From Vicugna vicugna (lineage: Eukaryota): DNA of 64,000 nucleotides. Below the pieces are notes generated by a model. The model searched no databases. It saw only the letters and a program-made list of their open reading frames with translations, and was not told where the DNA came from. Position numbers and translations under genes: made by a program. Shown piece by piece: positions 1 through 14,723 of this stretch. Every line of letters begins with the position of its first letter. Position 1 is the first letter of the stretch. The stretch is from the NCBI GenBank assembly GCA_013265495.1, contig MU058009.1:808001-872000 (forward strand), given 5' to 3'.

Positions 1-760
1 TGGGTTGGGTGGGTGAAGAAATCGATTTCAGGCATCTTCCAGGGGAAATTAGATGTGGAGTTGAGATAAGTGGGTGATGAAATTTCAGATGAGATGAAAA
101 GCTAGCTGAGTTGAATTAAATCAACTCATGATTAACAAAGATTAATCAGGTTTTTATGAAATTCTCCAGTTGCATTTCACAGCCTTGGTGGGTGGATGGA
201 AAAACCAAAGGGTAGTTTCCCGAAGTTGAAAACTGTCAAGGAGAACCAAGACAAGGAGAACGAAGCATTTGAGGGCGGCGGTGAAGTGACTCAGCAGAAC
301 GTTGAGGTGAGAAGGGAGAGGGGTGAGCTGAGAATGGAAGCTGGGAGTTGCAGGACAAGGAACGGCACACACACTGCAACTCACAGCTAAAATGAAGAGC
401 GGCTTTAGTAGAAGCAAAGGCAAAAGGGAGACAGAATAAAGAGGGAGAAATCAGAAAGGAACTGCTGCGAGTCCAAGACCGTAGAGGCAGAAGAGTCAAT
501 TCTGAGTGATGGTGACATGTGGCTGTAAGAAGCTCAGAAGATTAGCCGGTCTCTGAAGATCCTGGAGTGTTACAAGATCTTCAGCATGATTGTTGGTGCG
601 TAGGATCAGGGAACAATAGCAGAAGTATAATGACTTCCACATGGTGAAGTCAAGGAACCTGTGAGTGTCCTGGTGCCACATAGATCATGAGGACAACACG
701 GCATGGACTTCAAAGGTTCGCAGATGTCTTGGCACAGCCAGGCGACAGCGGTCTGGATGA
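1..760 (-). mobile_element. L2 LINE fragment (endonuclease region)
   Basis: Minus-strand RFLDF...NNHAEDLVT resembles L2 EN QFLDLL...GHTLDLVIT; purine-rich antisense L2 texture. Confidence 0.55.
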
Positions 761-859
761 TGCACTGAGCACAAGAAGATTCCTTCTGGTTCTGGGCGTT
801 AGGGTTGGGGGGTGCAGAATCGGAGCTTGTTGAAAGGCTTCTAGGGGAGGCAGTAACGC

Positions 860-1075
860 ATGATGGTTCTTGGTCAGACTCCTGGCTTCTATGCTGGTTC
901 AGTTCCTTCCTAGCTTAACGGTCCTGGGTAAGCTACTCAACCACCTCTCGCCTCAGTTTCCTCATCTCTAAAGTGGCCATAATAATGGTGTCTAATCTAA
1001 CGATGGGGCTGCTGTGAAGATTAATTGAAATAATTAATAAGAGAACAGTACACAGTCAATAAAATTAGCATTCAT
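860..1075 (+). mobile_element. MIR SINE
   Basis: Core cctcagtttcctcatctctaaagtgg...tgtgaagattaa. Confidence 0.85.
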
Positions 1076-1774
1076 GTTGTTGTTGTTCTTATTATTATTA
1101 TCAGAAAGGATGTACAGGAATTGGCGTCATCGGGGAGAAAATGATTTCTGTCTACGTAGCCTGGTGGGGAGGCATGTTTAAGGAACATTTTAAAGATGTA
1201 AGAAATTTTGTCTGTAATAGAATAGGAATTCCAAGGGGTTCACCCTGGTTCTGCTCTTCCGAGGAAGAGTGACCTTCAAAAGGAGAAAGGAACAGATGGT
1301 CAGGGCAGTGAGCAGGAGATGGGGAAAGCAGGGAGGGGTTCACGCTGGAACTTCCAGAGTAAATTAAACAGTAAAGGGAGCCTGGGGTTGGGAGTCAGGA
1401 TAGAGGCAGAAACACTTCTGATCAAAGCTTTTTTAACGTTCCTCTTTTTTTTTTTTTTTTTGGCTTGATTTGTCCTACAATGAGTTAGAAAAATGCTTTG
1501 CTTTCTTCTGATGAGAATAATAATCATTCACCTTGCTTTGGAAATTTTAAATTTTGAAAGCAGGAAGTCTTTTGCCCTTGTTTTGCCAATAGATATGAAA
1601 TTTAATGAAGGTCTTCTGTTCTTTTTTTTTTTTTTTACTAATCTCAGTAGTTTCAAAAAGTCTTTTAAATATTATGTCATTAATTTGAAAGAAACTCTAT
1701 TAAAGTATTAGTTATTACAATCCTAATCCCTTCCCCTGCCTTGGAAAATGACGCATCTCAAAAAGAGTGGTGAT

Positions 1775-1934
1775 ATTTTTAACATGTTTTTATTGAGTTA
1801 TAGTCATTTTACAATGTTGTGTCAAATTCCAGTGTAGAGCACAATTTTTCAGTTATACATGGACGTACGTATATTCATTGTCACATTTTTTTTTTTCGCT
1901 GTGAGCTACCACAAGATCTTGGATATATTTTCCT
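1775..1934 (-). mobile_element. Young lineage-specific L1 3' end (camelid-type) with TSD
   Basis: ttattgagttatagtcattttacaatgttgtgtcaaattccagtgtagagc; TSD aaaaagag(t/a)ggtgat at 1760-1774 and 1935-1949; near-identical copies at 19790 and 31950. Confidence 0.9.
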
Positions 1935-2397
1935 AAAAAGAGAGGTGATTTTGCTGGCAGTAGGTTGCATTTCTTCATTGGAACCACCAGGCAGAAGAGT
2001 TCCTGATGGAGGAAAGGGGAGGAAGCAGGACCCGAACAAGGAGACAGTTGTACAAAGAGGTTTGTGAGAGATCAGAGAGCTATGTGAGTGATAAATTTAG
2101 TTTTTTTCCTGATCAACCTATCTTTGGGGAAAGAAAGAGATGTTTAAAAACACTATTAAAATAAAATTTTGTTATACAAAATTTAAAACTTACAGAAAAG
2201 TAGAAAAAGAGAGCAAGGGGTAACAACAGAATCATTGTCTATTTTTGACAGTTGCCAATATTGTGCTGAGTGTGACTGCTCTGTCTATCTGGCTGTCTTT
2301 GTTCACATTTTGGGGCAGCCATTTTACAAGTAAGCTAAGGTGTCATGGCCCTTCATTCTCAGTTCTTTGGCATGCACCTCCAGAAAATAGCAAAGAC

Positions 2398-2914
2398 AGT
2401 TGCAGCTACTATTTCTGCTGAACAAACCACTCCAGACTTACTGACACAGTGTAGCAATGGCTTCACTGCACTTGCAGACTCCACGGGTCAGGGGTGCATG
2501 GAGACGTGGCTTGCCCCTGCCCCACGGTATCTGGGATTTCAGTAGGAAGTGTCCAAATGGCTGCAGGCTGGATTTATCTGGAGGCCTCTGTAAATAAGCC
2601 CAGGAATGACTCAAAGTCTGGTTTCAGTTGGGCTTGTGGACGAGAGCTGCCAGATGTGGCCCCTCCAGGTGGCATGGGCCTCTCCCAGCATGGCACTTGG
2701 GCTCTGATGGGGAGCATCTCAAGAGAGGAATGACCTTTCCAGGAGAAGCTGCTCAGGCTTATCTGACAAAGCCTTGGGAGCGTCGTAGCATCACTTCCAC
2801 TGAACCCTGTTGGCCAACACCGGCACATGCACACCCACATTCAAGGGAAAGGGCCATAGACCCCCTTCCCTCCATGGGGTAGCTCCTTTGCAGCTACTTT
2901 TAAAAGCCACCACA
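2398..2914 (-). mobile_element. MLT1-type MaLR solo LTR inserted in an old L1M fragment (~2150-3100)
   Basis: Typical MLT1 termini (ctgaacaaaccactccagactta ... aaaagccaccaca); 5-bp TSD aagac at 2393-2397 and 2915-2919. Confidence 0.8.
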
Positions 2915-3289
2915 AAGACAACCTTCTATATAACACAGCCTCTATTATTGTACCAACAAACATTATTTCTGAATATCATCTAATACCACTATCCTCCAAT
3001 TATCAAAAATATCTTTAACAGCTCAGTATTTTTTTTTTCAAAACTAAAATACAACTATGGACAATGAGTTACATTTCTTATTTTATATCTTAGTTTAGGG
3101 AAGGTTCTAAAGAAGTCTTCTGGTATAATATGTAATGTAACATCATTCACCATTTGCCCAAGTAGCTGACTTTCAATAAAATTCTAAACAACTCTCTTAT
3201 TTTAATTTTCAGGGGCAAATTTGTGGTCAGTCTTTGTTGTGGATGCAGTAAGTATTCTGAGACTAACCTCAACTCAGATCGATTATAAT

Positions 3290-3560
3290 GGGTTCATTCA
3301 TTCATTCATACATTTAATGATGACTTGCTGAGGGCATACGATATTCCGAGCACTGTGCCAGATGCTAGACATATACATCTGAATAAGAAAAAAATAATAT
3401 GGAAAAAAAAATTCTCGCACTCAATCAACTCTCAGGTAGGCACAATAGACAGAAACTCAACAGGCAATTATAGTATAGTGGGGTACCTCGTATAGCAGAA
3501 GAAGTTTAGTAGGAGCCATGGGAGCAGAGACAGGAGGTGCCCACTCTAAAGGAGTCAGTC
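3290..3560 (-). mobile_element. L2 3' end
   Basis: (ttca)n tail followed by atttaatg...gcactgtgccagatgctag. Confidence 0.75.
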
Positions 3561-5619
3561 CAGAGTCCAAGAGGACATAGATACATCTACAGATAAACCA
3601 CGGGACAAGTGCTATGACAGATACATGAACGCAGCATGATGAAGAAAGTGCGTATCAAATCATTTAATGACCCATTTCCCATAAAATGAACTTCAAATGC
3701 CTTAGCAGATTTTACTTCACCTCCGCTTCCTTTGCTCTTTCCTGATTCACTTTCCTATGTCCAGAAGTGGGTTCCTAAGAGTCTTGGTCCTCTTGAGTTG
3801 CTCTCGGGCCTAAGCCATTGACCCAGTTGGCTCCTTTGTACCTTTTCTTCATAAAGTTTAGACTTTATTTAGACATCCCCCCCTTCTATATTTAGACTTA
3901 TTTCTGGGCCCAGACACAAGCCTGCAAATTCTACTCCCCACCTCTCTGCCTGCCCCCACTGGGTTTTTTTTTTTTTTCCTGGGGAATATTGGAAATCAAT
4001 GGGCTCCCACCGACTCTGCCATTTTGGACAACATCACTGCTGCTCACTAGGGAAGCAATAAAGCCTATTTCATTTGCATGAATCTCTGCAGTGGCTCTTC
4101 TGACCCCAGGGCTGTTAGAAGTACTCATTAGATCCTCTTTAATTAAATATGTAACACACATCATGCCATCAAACATAGGGGGAAAAAAAGGGAAGAAAAA
4201 TACAAATCTAACAACGGCTCCTGCTTCTAATTAAAAGCAGGCTGTCTTTGCCTGAGAGCAAGCTGGGGACAGTGCTTTTATCCTGGGCACAGCCGTAGAA
4301 CCCCTGGTGCCAAAGCCCAGGGGGCAGGGACATGAGGCTTTGGATGTGCCAAGGGGGCTGAGCTTTGCTGGGTGACACAGGTGCTCTCCCTTCCCAGTAG
4401 GTGGGATCTAATTTCAGCTCCTGATAAGTGTTTCAAGGTAAGGACGAGCTTTCATTTCCTTTCATGCCCCTTTTCAAATGCCCTTCGATTCAACACCATA
4501 TAGCAGTGCTGCAGATTCTGTAGGTAAACAGGATCTGAACACAGTGGGATGGTCTCACCAAGCAAAACCTCATAAAAGCTCAAAGAAAATGAGCCACATG
4601 TATCAGTAAGCTCATATGGGATGCTGGCGGGAAGTGAATGGGCACATTAGCATGGGGGCCCAAGGGGGAGGTTCCTGGGGTCTTTATCATATGCAGAGTT
4701 GGGGTTGGAAACAGCATCCATAAGTAGGAAGCTTTTCATAATCTTGGTTCTTAGATTCCCCTTGAATTTTCCTCTCCCCTTCCCTTGATCTCATCTCACC
4801 GCCACTCCAGCCACAACAATGCTCCTTCTAGTGAAACCCAGCAGAGCCTCGCCATCCCTACACTTGAGCTGCCTTTCCTAGTCCATCCAGATCTTGAAAC
4901 AGCTTCCCCACGCTCAGCCGCACCCAAAACACCTCTTACTCACCTTTTCAATGGTGGGGGCCACTGTGCGTCTGTATGAGAGGGATACCCTTGTCAGGAG
5001 GGAGGCAGGGCAGGAAGAGGGGCTGGGAAGGGACTTATCCTGATGTTACACCTGCTTTGCAAGCCCACTTTTTATTGATTTTTGTTGGTTTTTGGGGGGT
5101 TGCCTTCAAGGTATGATGGAAACTCTCACATTAAGTGCTGCTCTCAGATTAAGTAGGAATTCTGCAATCTTTATAAGTGAAAAGGGAGGTTTTTTTCTTT
5201 TTCTTTTAGCTCTGCTGTTCTCTTTAATTTTTAAATCCAGTCCTCATTCCATGGAGTGTCCTAATGGCCACCAGGGAGAGCAAGGAAGAGGGATATTTAT
5301 GGTGCTCACTTGCCAGCGTTACTGCCAACTCTTGGGCACAAGAGCCATTGAATCTATTCAGGTCTTTCAAACACAAACACATTTATCCCACAAATAATTA
5401 TTAGACCCCATTGTGTGCCAGGGCCTTGTTTCAAATTCTAGAGACACAGTAACAAAAAAATGGAGAAATGTCCCTGTTCTCATGGAGTTTACATTTCAGT
5501 GTGGGAGTCGGATAACGTAACAGAAACCTAAATATATGAAAAGTTAGGTAGGAAAAATCTCAATCAGGGAAATACATCCCTGACTTTGGGGGGAGATAAA
5601 GGCACTAGTTTTTCTTCAT

Positions 5620-6140
5620 TTTAAAAAAAATTTAAACAACTTTATTATGGTATAATCTCTATACAGTAAACTGACTTTCAACAGATGTGCAATTTGATGA
5701 ATTCTGATAGATGTATATACCCATGAAACCACCAGCACAATCAAGATAGCTAATATTTCCATCACTCCCCAAGAGGTGCAGATTTTAACTCCCAATTTAT
5801 CCCTTCCCACCCCCTTTGCCATAGGTCTCTTTTCTATGTCTGTGAGTCTGTTCCTGTTTTGTAAATAAGTTTATTTGTGTCTCTTTTTTAAGATTCCACA
5901 TGTAAGTGATATCATATGGTATTTTTCTTTCTTTTTCTGGCTTACTTCACTTAGAATGATGATCTCCAGGTCCATCCATGTTGCTGCAAATGGCATTATT
6001 CTGTTCTTTTCTATCGCTGAGTAATATTTCATTGTATATGCATACCACAACTTTTTAATCCAGTCATCTGTCAATGGACATTTAGATTGTTTCCATGTCT
6101 TGGCTATTGTAAATAGTGCTATTGTGAACATTGGGGTGTG
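5620..6140 (-). mobile_element. L1 3' fragments (ORF2 C-terminus + 3'UTR) nested in an L2 (~5370-6360)
   Basis: ORF 5871..6131 MFTIALFTIAKTWKQSKCP...WMDLEIIILSEVSQ is L1 ORF2 C-terminus. Confidence 0.9.
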
Positions 6141-8489
6141 GTGAGGAGCTAATTTAGATAGTGTTTAAGAAGGTCTTTCTGATGTGTGCATATTTGAGCA
6201 ATGATCTATTGAAGTGAGAAAGTGAATTGTGTGAACATTTGAGGAAGAGGAGTGGAATGCCAGGAAGGCACTTTCAAAGGCACTGAGGCTAGATGGTGAA
6301 TTGGAGAATGAGCGAGGAGGCTACCATGGCTGGAACACAGTCAGCCAATGGAGAGTCATTCAGATTCTTCCAGTTGATTCTGAAGCACTAATGTCCAATT
6401 TTTACCTTTGCTACTTCTTTGGGCCATATCTACATCTTCATCCTAGTGTATGAAGACTGGAGAAAGGAGATGATTGTCTGCTGTCATATTCCCAGCTTGG
6501 CTGTGGTTAAAAAAAAATCTTAGGGTAGGAAAAGGGGATCTTGGAATACAGGGAAGCCTTCGAGGGTGCCATGTTATGTAATTAAATCATGGAAATTAGA
6601 AACCCCAAACACATAACTCTTTCAGAGACTTTGACCTTTGAAAGATAGAAGAGGGATGAACTGGTGCTTGTTTGTGGCTTAACAAAACAAAACAAAACAA
6701 AAACAACTCTAATCAGTACACTTTGTCCATCCTCAAAGCCTCAGAAACACCCTCCTTTTATTTTTTAAGTCTCTACTGACATTAACTTACTTCAGATGTT
6801 AATGCCTTCCCCCCATGCTGAAAAAATACTAATAGTTTACCTTATTTTTAATTCAGTTTCATTTAATCATATGAAGCCTAATAAAATTAAGATACAATCT
6901 TGTTGTCCCCAATAGCTTGATCTCTACAATGGCAAACCATTTCCCTTTTTGCCAACTTATTTAAGGAAATTTAATCATACATGTATATTTTAACCTTTTT
7001 ATTTCGAAGTGCACCATACATGCAGAAGAGCCTACAGAAGCCATATGTACTACCATACACAACTCAAAGAGTGTTTATAAAGCAAAGCCCATCGACCAAC
7101 AGCCTGGTTTAGAATATACGTTCCCACTGGTGGGTACTAAACCCAATTACATCCTCCTGCTTTTCCCCAGAGTAGAAATGATTTAAAATTTTTTTGTGAT
7201 AATCACTTTACCTTTTTTTCTAGTTCCATCTGTGTGTATTTCCTAAGCCACCTATTTTTAATTTTAAAAAGTTTCAAATTTATAGAGACTATATTGAATA
7301 TAATTTTTGAAATTGTTTCTTCACTGAATATTATGTTTGTAGCGTGTTCATTTTTTTCTAGGCCAACTTTAAGCACCATCACTTCCATCAAGTCTTTCCC
7401 ATCATTCTACCAGATTCCATATGCTCTTTGACAGAACATTTAACTTCTTCTTATTTTTTAGGAGCTCCTATATTCTGCCTTGAGATACAATTTTGCATCT
7501 CTTTTATATTTATTCCTGATTTTTTTAGGCCTTCAAAGTGTTTGTTTCAGATCTCTTTGTATCCTCAAAAACACTAGACATAACGATTTTGCGTACTTTA
7601 TGCTTATACAATGCTTATTAAATGCATGCTGTTGAGACTGACAGTGTGTGTTTGGATGGAGGACCCTTTATTACATATTATCCAAAGTCTGGATGGCTTA
7701 ATAATAACTACATCTCATGTATTCCTCATCTCACTGAACCACAGTGTTTGACTTCAATTACATCCTCAGTAACATTTCTTCCGTCTTTCAGAATCTGTGC
7801 TTTGTATCTGCTAACCTGACTCTGGCTAATACTGAAATCTTTGCTCAAAAGACAAAAACTGGGTAAGCAAAATGTAGGTAGGTGAAGGACTGATCAGAGT
7901 TAGGATTCATAAGTCTGTGCTTCTTGGACTAACAAAGGTAAGGAGGGGGACTCCAATAAAAGTCTGAGGAGAAAGAAAAAACCCCCAGAACATGTGTGGA
8001 GATGCGACATGTTTAATGCTAGGAGGAGCACAATTGTTCCCACATCTTAAAGTCTAGAGCCTCTGATGGTGGCCTCTCTGAAACCCTTCTTCTGGAAGAC
8101 AACTTTGTTTCATCTCAGCCAAAGAACAAGTGCATTTGGGAAAGCTAAAGTGAATTCCCCTAAGCTCAAAGCATATAGAACAGAACACAGCTTCCTTCTG
8201 AACGGGAAATGAAGTGTTTTATTTCTTTATTTATTAGATTTGTTACTAACTGTACCCTGTGCCAGCGGCCCCAAGGCAGAACAGCTTATTGTAAAATAAT
8301 AGGGATAATTAAATTTTATATTATGAAACAGCAATCAATGCAGCAAACCCAGTATCTAGCCCACTGGGGATACCTAAACTAAAGAGGTGGGTTCTGCGTG
8401 CTGTCCCAAGGCCAAACACCACTGCTCTCTCTACTCCTCTCTCCCCTCCTCATCCATTAATATTTATTAAAAATTGTGGTTGCTGGGAT

Positions 8490-8520
<31 letters not shown>
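8490..8520 (+). repeat. (CA)n microsatellite
   Basis: Direct sequence. Confidence 0.95.
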
Positions 8521-11049
8521 TAACTGCATCAGCAACAAAGACAAATCTCTCCTGGACAATGGATACTGTATTGGATATTGACCCACGAGGGACTCCAAAA
8601 GTACAGACTGTCACCCTAAGACAGATTTGTAAAATTGGTTAGCTTTGTCCTCAGACAGCTTTCACCCCTTTGGTGCCAATGGTCTCTGCTTGGAACCTTC
8701 TTCCTCAGAGCTCCCAGCGTCCACATCATACGCCCAGCTCATCTGTGTGGCTTTCCACGTAGATCCACCCCCCACCCCACAACTGATTCCAGCCCTCTCT
8801 GAAACCCCTACTTCTCTCTTAAACTTTATCTGTTTGATGATAAGGTACTTGCATTTTTTCAGTAAATATATTTGCAAGGATGTATTTCCCATGGGGGTAA
8901 TGGGGTAGAGATGAAAAGCATAGGGTTTCGTATCTAGAAGACTTGGGCATAAGCCCTGGTTTTCTCACCTACGTCACCATATGACCTTGGGAAAATTTCT
9001 TAGTCTCTTTTATAGCTATTTTCTGATTCCACCTACAAACCAAAATATAAATTCACTCTTCTTTGGAAAGAAAAAGTCAACCAATACCTTGTTTATTTGC
9101 TGTTGAGAATTTGCTCCCAGAAGGAAGAGAAGATTATTTTCTGCAACCGTTTCAGAGACAGACCTCAGGGTCTGGGACTTTGTGAGTACTTGTCCCCAAA
9201 AAGGTAACTGCAGAGCTGAGTGAACTGATGAGCTAACAGCCACCTCACTAACACAGTAGCCATGGGACAAGAGATACAGAGTTTACAGAGATTCTTAGAG
9301 CATCCGCAAAAGTCCTCACTTATTTACAAACCACTCCAGTCATTGACCTCTGAGATTCCAAGAAGACTGTGGACTTACATGACAGCTATAAAAATTAAGG
9401 TATGCTCTACAGAAGATGGGAGAGCGGAGGCACGGAGAGTCTACGTGACTTGCTGAAGAATATATATAGCTTGTAAGCGGTGGAACCTGAAGCCACGTGC
9501 AAAGGCTGTGATTTAAGTCATCTCCACAACAGGAATCAGGGTTCCTTGACTTTTTGTGTTGACTTGACTCAACAGGGACTCAGTTTGTCAATGTAAACAT
9601 CATCCATGTCGGACTCTGGATGTCTGGAAGAATGAGTTCAATACAATTTTGAGCAATAATGATGTTCATTTTGATAAGAGTGTAACTCTCCCTTATCTTC
9701 TCAAGTCCTTGCAAGGGGGCAGGGGGAATCTAACTCCTCTTCTGTAAGATCTTCTATTTGAACGTCTCTTTACAATGTTCAAAGATTTTCACTATCGTTT
9801 AACTCATCGGTAGTGCATCTTTCTGTCTGTTCTTCTATCACCAGGTATTAAATACAACAACTACAAAAGGTCTACCAAAGAGATTGGGGCATTTTCCAAC
9901 AGAGGACCAAGCCAGGGTGTTTGCAGAAGTGGCAGCCTCCTGCGCCAGCAGAGGAATAGAGCAGGGGTAGGAACTTCCATTATGGGCCCAAGAGGACGAG
10001 ACGTGTGAAGCCAAGCACCACGTGTACACACGGCACGGTGAATTGCAGAGTGTGCACTTGTATTGCCAAACACTCCGAGCACAATGTACTTCATCTCTTT
10101 CACAAGAGAAAAAGGAAGAGGTACAGAGAAAGAGAAAACGTCTTTATTGACTCTGCATACCTGACCAGGGACGGAACACCTAGGCTTAAAAAAAATTCTT
10201 TCCTGTCTTCCCTGTAATTACAGCAACCAAGGGACATTAAAACAACTTTGGAACCATAATCAACAAATAAATATATTGCAGTAGAGAGAAGAGCAAAAGA
10301 TTTGGGATCAGATAAGTTAGGGTAAATGGTGGATCCGCCACTTCTGATTTCAAGAACTCAATCTTCTTAACTGGGAAAGGGGCCAGGAGCCCTCAGCTCT
10401 CATGGGTGTTATGAGGGTTCGATACAATGTACATAAAAAACAGTAAGCCTAGTGCAGCAAAGAAACTCAATTACTTGTAACTGTAGTTGTTATTTTTGTT
10501 ATTACTAGGAGGAGGCTATGGGAAATAATCTCCTGATTACACTAATAATAAGGGAAAAATTGGTTTTCTGCATCATGGCTTATTATAAAAGAATGATGTT
10601 CTCCGACAAAATAATGGAGGACCTCATGTAAACACCTGGAAGAAGATGTAAACCACTCATCACTGTGATCACAACTAAAACAAAAAATAAACATTCTCTG
10701 AAAAGGCAGAAGAACGCTTCAACTGCAAAATTAATACCATGGATAGCAAAAGGTGTGCCTTGGGACGGGGGTGGAGGGACAATGAGAAAATAATAAATAT
10801 AGTAAGTACAATATCAGTGGGCCTCAGGTATCTGTGTGTCAGGCACTGAACACTGCCATTAGGTAAGATCTGGCTGCGCATTTCAATACAAAGTGACAGA
10901 TACATATATATGTGTATATATATATATAATTTAAATATAGCTACAATGCAGTGATAGAAGGGGACAGCTTGCATCAACGAAACGAATGCAATAAAAATCG
11001 CAGGAGAACAGTTAAGACACACATGTTAAGATACTCTTATCGGTAGAAA

Positions 11050-14000
11050 TCTCCAGCCTCAGGCTGGAGCATGATGGCATATAGTTGACCATGGAATTAA
11101 AGCAGAAACAAGTAAAAGTGTTGTGATTGCAGAGGGATGCTGTGACCTCGCTAAGCCACTGTATAAATGTCCCTGAAACATGATGCAAAACTCCTCAGGG
11201 GAAAAGGGACTGACCTATTGGGATAGTCTGACTGTGCAGGCACCCCTAGAGGATCTGAATCTTCTAAAAGTGGAGCATCCTGTTAAAGCCGGGACATGAC
11301 TTGCTCTTGTTTAGTACTTTAAGTGGCAAAGAAAGTCACAAGGAGGGAACTGTCACACTGCTTTAATTCTGACCGTGGAGGCAAATCTGGTCACTGTCAT
11401 GAGAGGTGCTTGGAGAACGCAATCTCATGATGTTCACAAAGCCTCAAAAGACACACACATGACTTCAGAACCGCAGTTAAAAATAATCAGAATGTGTGGG
11501 TGGGTGTGTGATCCTGAGGAAAGAGGCTTGAAAGATAACACAGCTTAAGAGGGATAGGATGGTTAAAAAAAAAAAAAAGAAGACACCTCAGGAAACAAAA
11601 TCCATACAATCAGAAATTATTCTAATGGTAAAGAAAGAGGATATAAATCTAAAGGCGCTAATGTCATTGAAAGTCGTGTTCCAGTTTTAAAAGGACATAT
11701 ATTAAATACTGAAGGAGAAAAATAAACATCAGGAGAATACAAAAGAGCAACACCAGGTTGTAAGAATAATGTTCGGTAGCCTAAATGTGAAAATGAGATG
11801 AAGACTTGAGAAAGATGCTTTAAAAAGCATAAGGAGAGTTAAAAGCTATGTGCAGAGCAGGATGAGCAAGAGAACTGTCCCAGCCCGAGGGGACAAAAGC
11901 TCAGGTGTGGTGACATATTTGGACGTGATGCCAAGAGGCAGGCTTCAGGGCAGAGGCATGAAACAGGGCAAGAGGCAAAGCCAACACCAGGACGCGTGGT
12001 AGAGTTGGTCACTGTTCAGAGAGATTGTGGCTGGAACCCACAAACCTTCTGAGGAGCCTTTTGAGGTGGGACTCATGTCTGCCTGACCCCAAAATGAAAG
12101 CTAGCTGTATTGTCCGTCTTCTCATCCTTCCGTGGTTGAGGATGGTGTGCTGCACTTCCGGGTTGTGGCTGGGTGGGGGTCACACCGACCACTTCCGCTG
12201 CAGAAGGGACCTGAGCAGGACGTGATGGGGGCACAGCACAGAGGTGTGGTGTTCTAGGTTGGCGGATGTCTTCTTGGAATGGACTGCTGCAGCCACGGCT
12301 GGAGTAAGAGATGGAACCTAGAGGACTTCAAGTTCGTTCAAGAGGCATTTCATGAAGACGGGCAAGCAACTTTCTTGAGGAAGGTCATGTAGTTCAGACA
12401 GAGAGCAGCAAGGGAAAGGGAGTGGCTCACCCACAACTTCTCTCTTAAGGGGAAGAAAAATGAACATGAAACCATAAAGGATAAGCCAGGCCTAACTGAG
12501 GGGGAACTGAATCCATTTGAATGCGTCTGTCTGTTGGTCCCAGGTTCTTCCACTATGACATCCATGAAGACGCAATAAAATAAGATGTACTGAAACCAAG
12601 ATAGAAAGAAAAATGATAAAAATCAAAGTATAAACAGTGTGTACAGAAAGCATGGTGTTTATAGAAGTCTTTCAATGTGGGAGACGTATATATGGATGCA
12701 CGTTACCTAGTCATTCATCTCTTACAGGGTGACCTTGGGTAAATGATTTCACTTCCTCGGCTTCTGCCCCCAGAGGTCTTCCCACATCATCTTCACTGCT
12801 GTGTTCCCAGCACCTCGAAGTGAGCCTGGCACAAAGAAGGTGCTAAATAACACTGGTTAAATGAGTAAATGAGAAATTGATTGAAACATGCTTGTTATAG
12901 GAAGCATTAAAATGTATCTTGAAGACTTAGGCAGTTTTAATATTATAATACATTTCAGTTCATGGATATATTGAACCTTGTACATGACATCCAGAGCATA
13001 CGTCTTATTTTCAAATCTTAATGAACAATTATAAAAATTGATTCAATTGTGGAACACAAATAAGATTTGCAAATCAGAAATTGAACGGGAAAATGTTACC
13101 CGGTCACAATATAATAAACTAAATTAATAACCAAAGGTTAAAAAAACCAACAAAAATAAAACCCAGCAATTTGGTAATTTAAAACATTCTTTACAAAACC
13201 TATTAGGACAAAAAAGAAATCAAACTTACAATAATAGGCTATTTAGAAAAATAACAGAAATAAAAAAACCCATTACTTATTATTTTAGTGCAATGCAACG
13301 GAAGTTATTCTCAGAGGCAATAATCTTAAATGTTTCCATTATTAAAATAATAATAAAGTAAAGAAATTTTGCAGTCAAGACAATATGTCAGCAAAGCAGC
13401 CACAAAATAAACCTAAGAAAATGGAGGAAAACATGTAATAAGTATAGGGGTTTTTAATGAATTCAAAACAAAATAATATAATTTCTCAGTAAATCCAAGA
13501 GCTGTTCTTTAAGCACAACATACTAATGCCAGTGAAAAAGCAAATCCCATCAAGACAAAAAAGAGAAAACAAAAATATTTTTAAATAATAAGTACATAGT
13601 AAGAGAGACTTTTTGATTGAAGTATAGTCGGCTTGCATTGTTACGTTAATTTCTAGTGTGCAGCACGGTGATTCAGTTATACGTACATGTATACTCCATC
13701 TCATATTCGTTTTCATTATAGGCTGTCATAGGTCCTGTGCTACACAGTAGGACCTTGTTGTTTATCTGTTTTTTATGTAGTAGTTGGTATCTGCAAATCC
13801 CAAACTCCCAGTTTATCCCTCCACCCCATCTTCCCCCATAAGTTTGTTTTCTATGTCTGTGAGGCTGTTTCTATTTTGTAAATAAGTTCATTTGTGTTTT
13901 TTTTTTTTTAGATTCCACATATAAGTGGTATTTTGGGTTTTTTTGTTTTTAATTCAAAGAAATATTACACACAATTTATGCTAAATAACTTTAAAACTAC

Positions 14001-14685
14001 ATTAAGTGAATGATTTCCTAGGGAAAAAAAAATATCAGTTGGCCAAAATTAAATTAAGGAAAAGTAGAAAATTTGATTTGAACAATAATATAAAATAAAT
14101 TACCAAAAAGTCTTCAAAACAGATCCATAATCAAATAACTTTACCATTAGAATTTCAAAGAGGAGATAATTTCCATGCTATATAAACTATTCTAAAGCAT
14201 TGAAGATGACAGTGTTATCCACTTCATTTTCTTAAGCTCTAATGCCACAAAAAGACCTGCACAAGAAAGCTGCCAGCTATCAGGAAAGAAAGAAAAAATA
14301 ATAATCTGTAAGTGAGTTCACTGAGAAAAACTGATACAAACCCCAAACTACTAGCAAATCAAATTCAAATATCTTCACATAATCACCCACCATGACCAAG
14401 TAGGATTGGTCCGAAGATTGAAAGGCTGGTATATTATCAGGAGAGAGATGATTGCAATATGCCGTATCTCTAAGTCTAATACAAAAATACCACCATTATA
14501 ATCTTAAAAGATGCTGTAAAATGTTTGATGACAATCAATATATTTTCAATTTTTTTTTACAAAAGTATAAACACATTAAGGAAACTAGATTTAGAAGATT
14601 AAACTCTGTTGCAAAAGGGTATTCAACTGAAATCAACAGCTAACATATTTGATGGCAAAACTCTAGAGATGATCTCATTAAAAAC

Positions 14686-14723
<38 letters not shown>

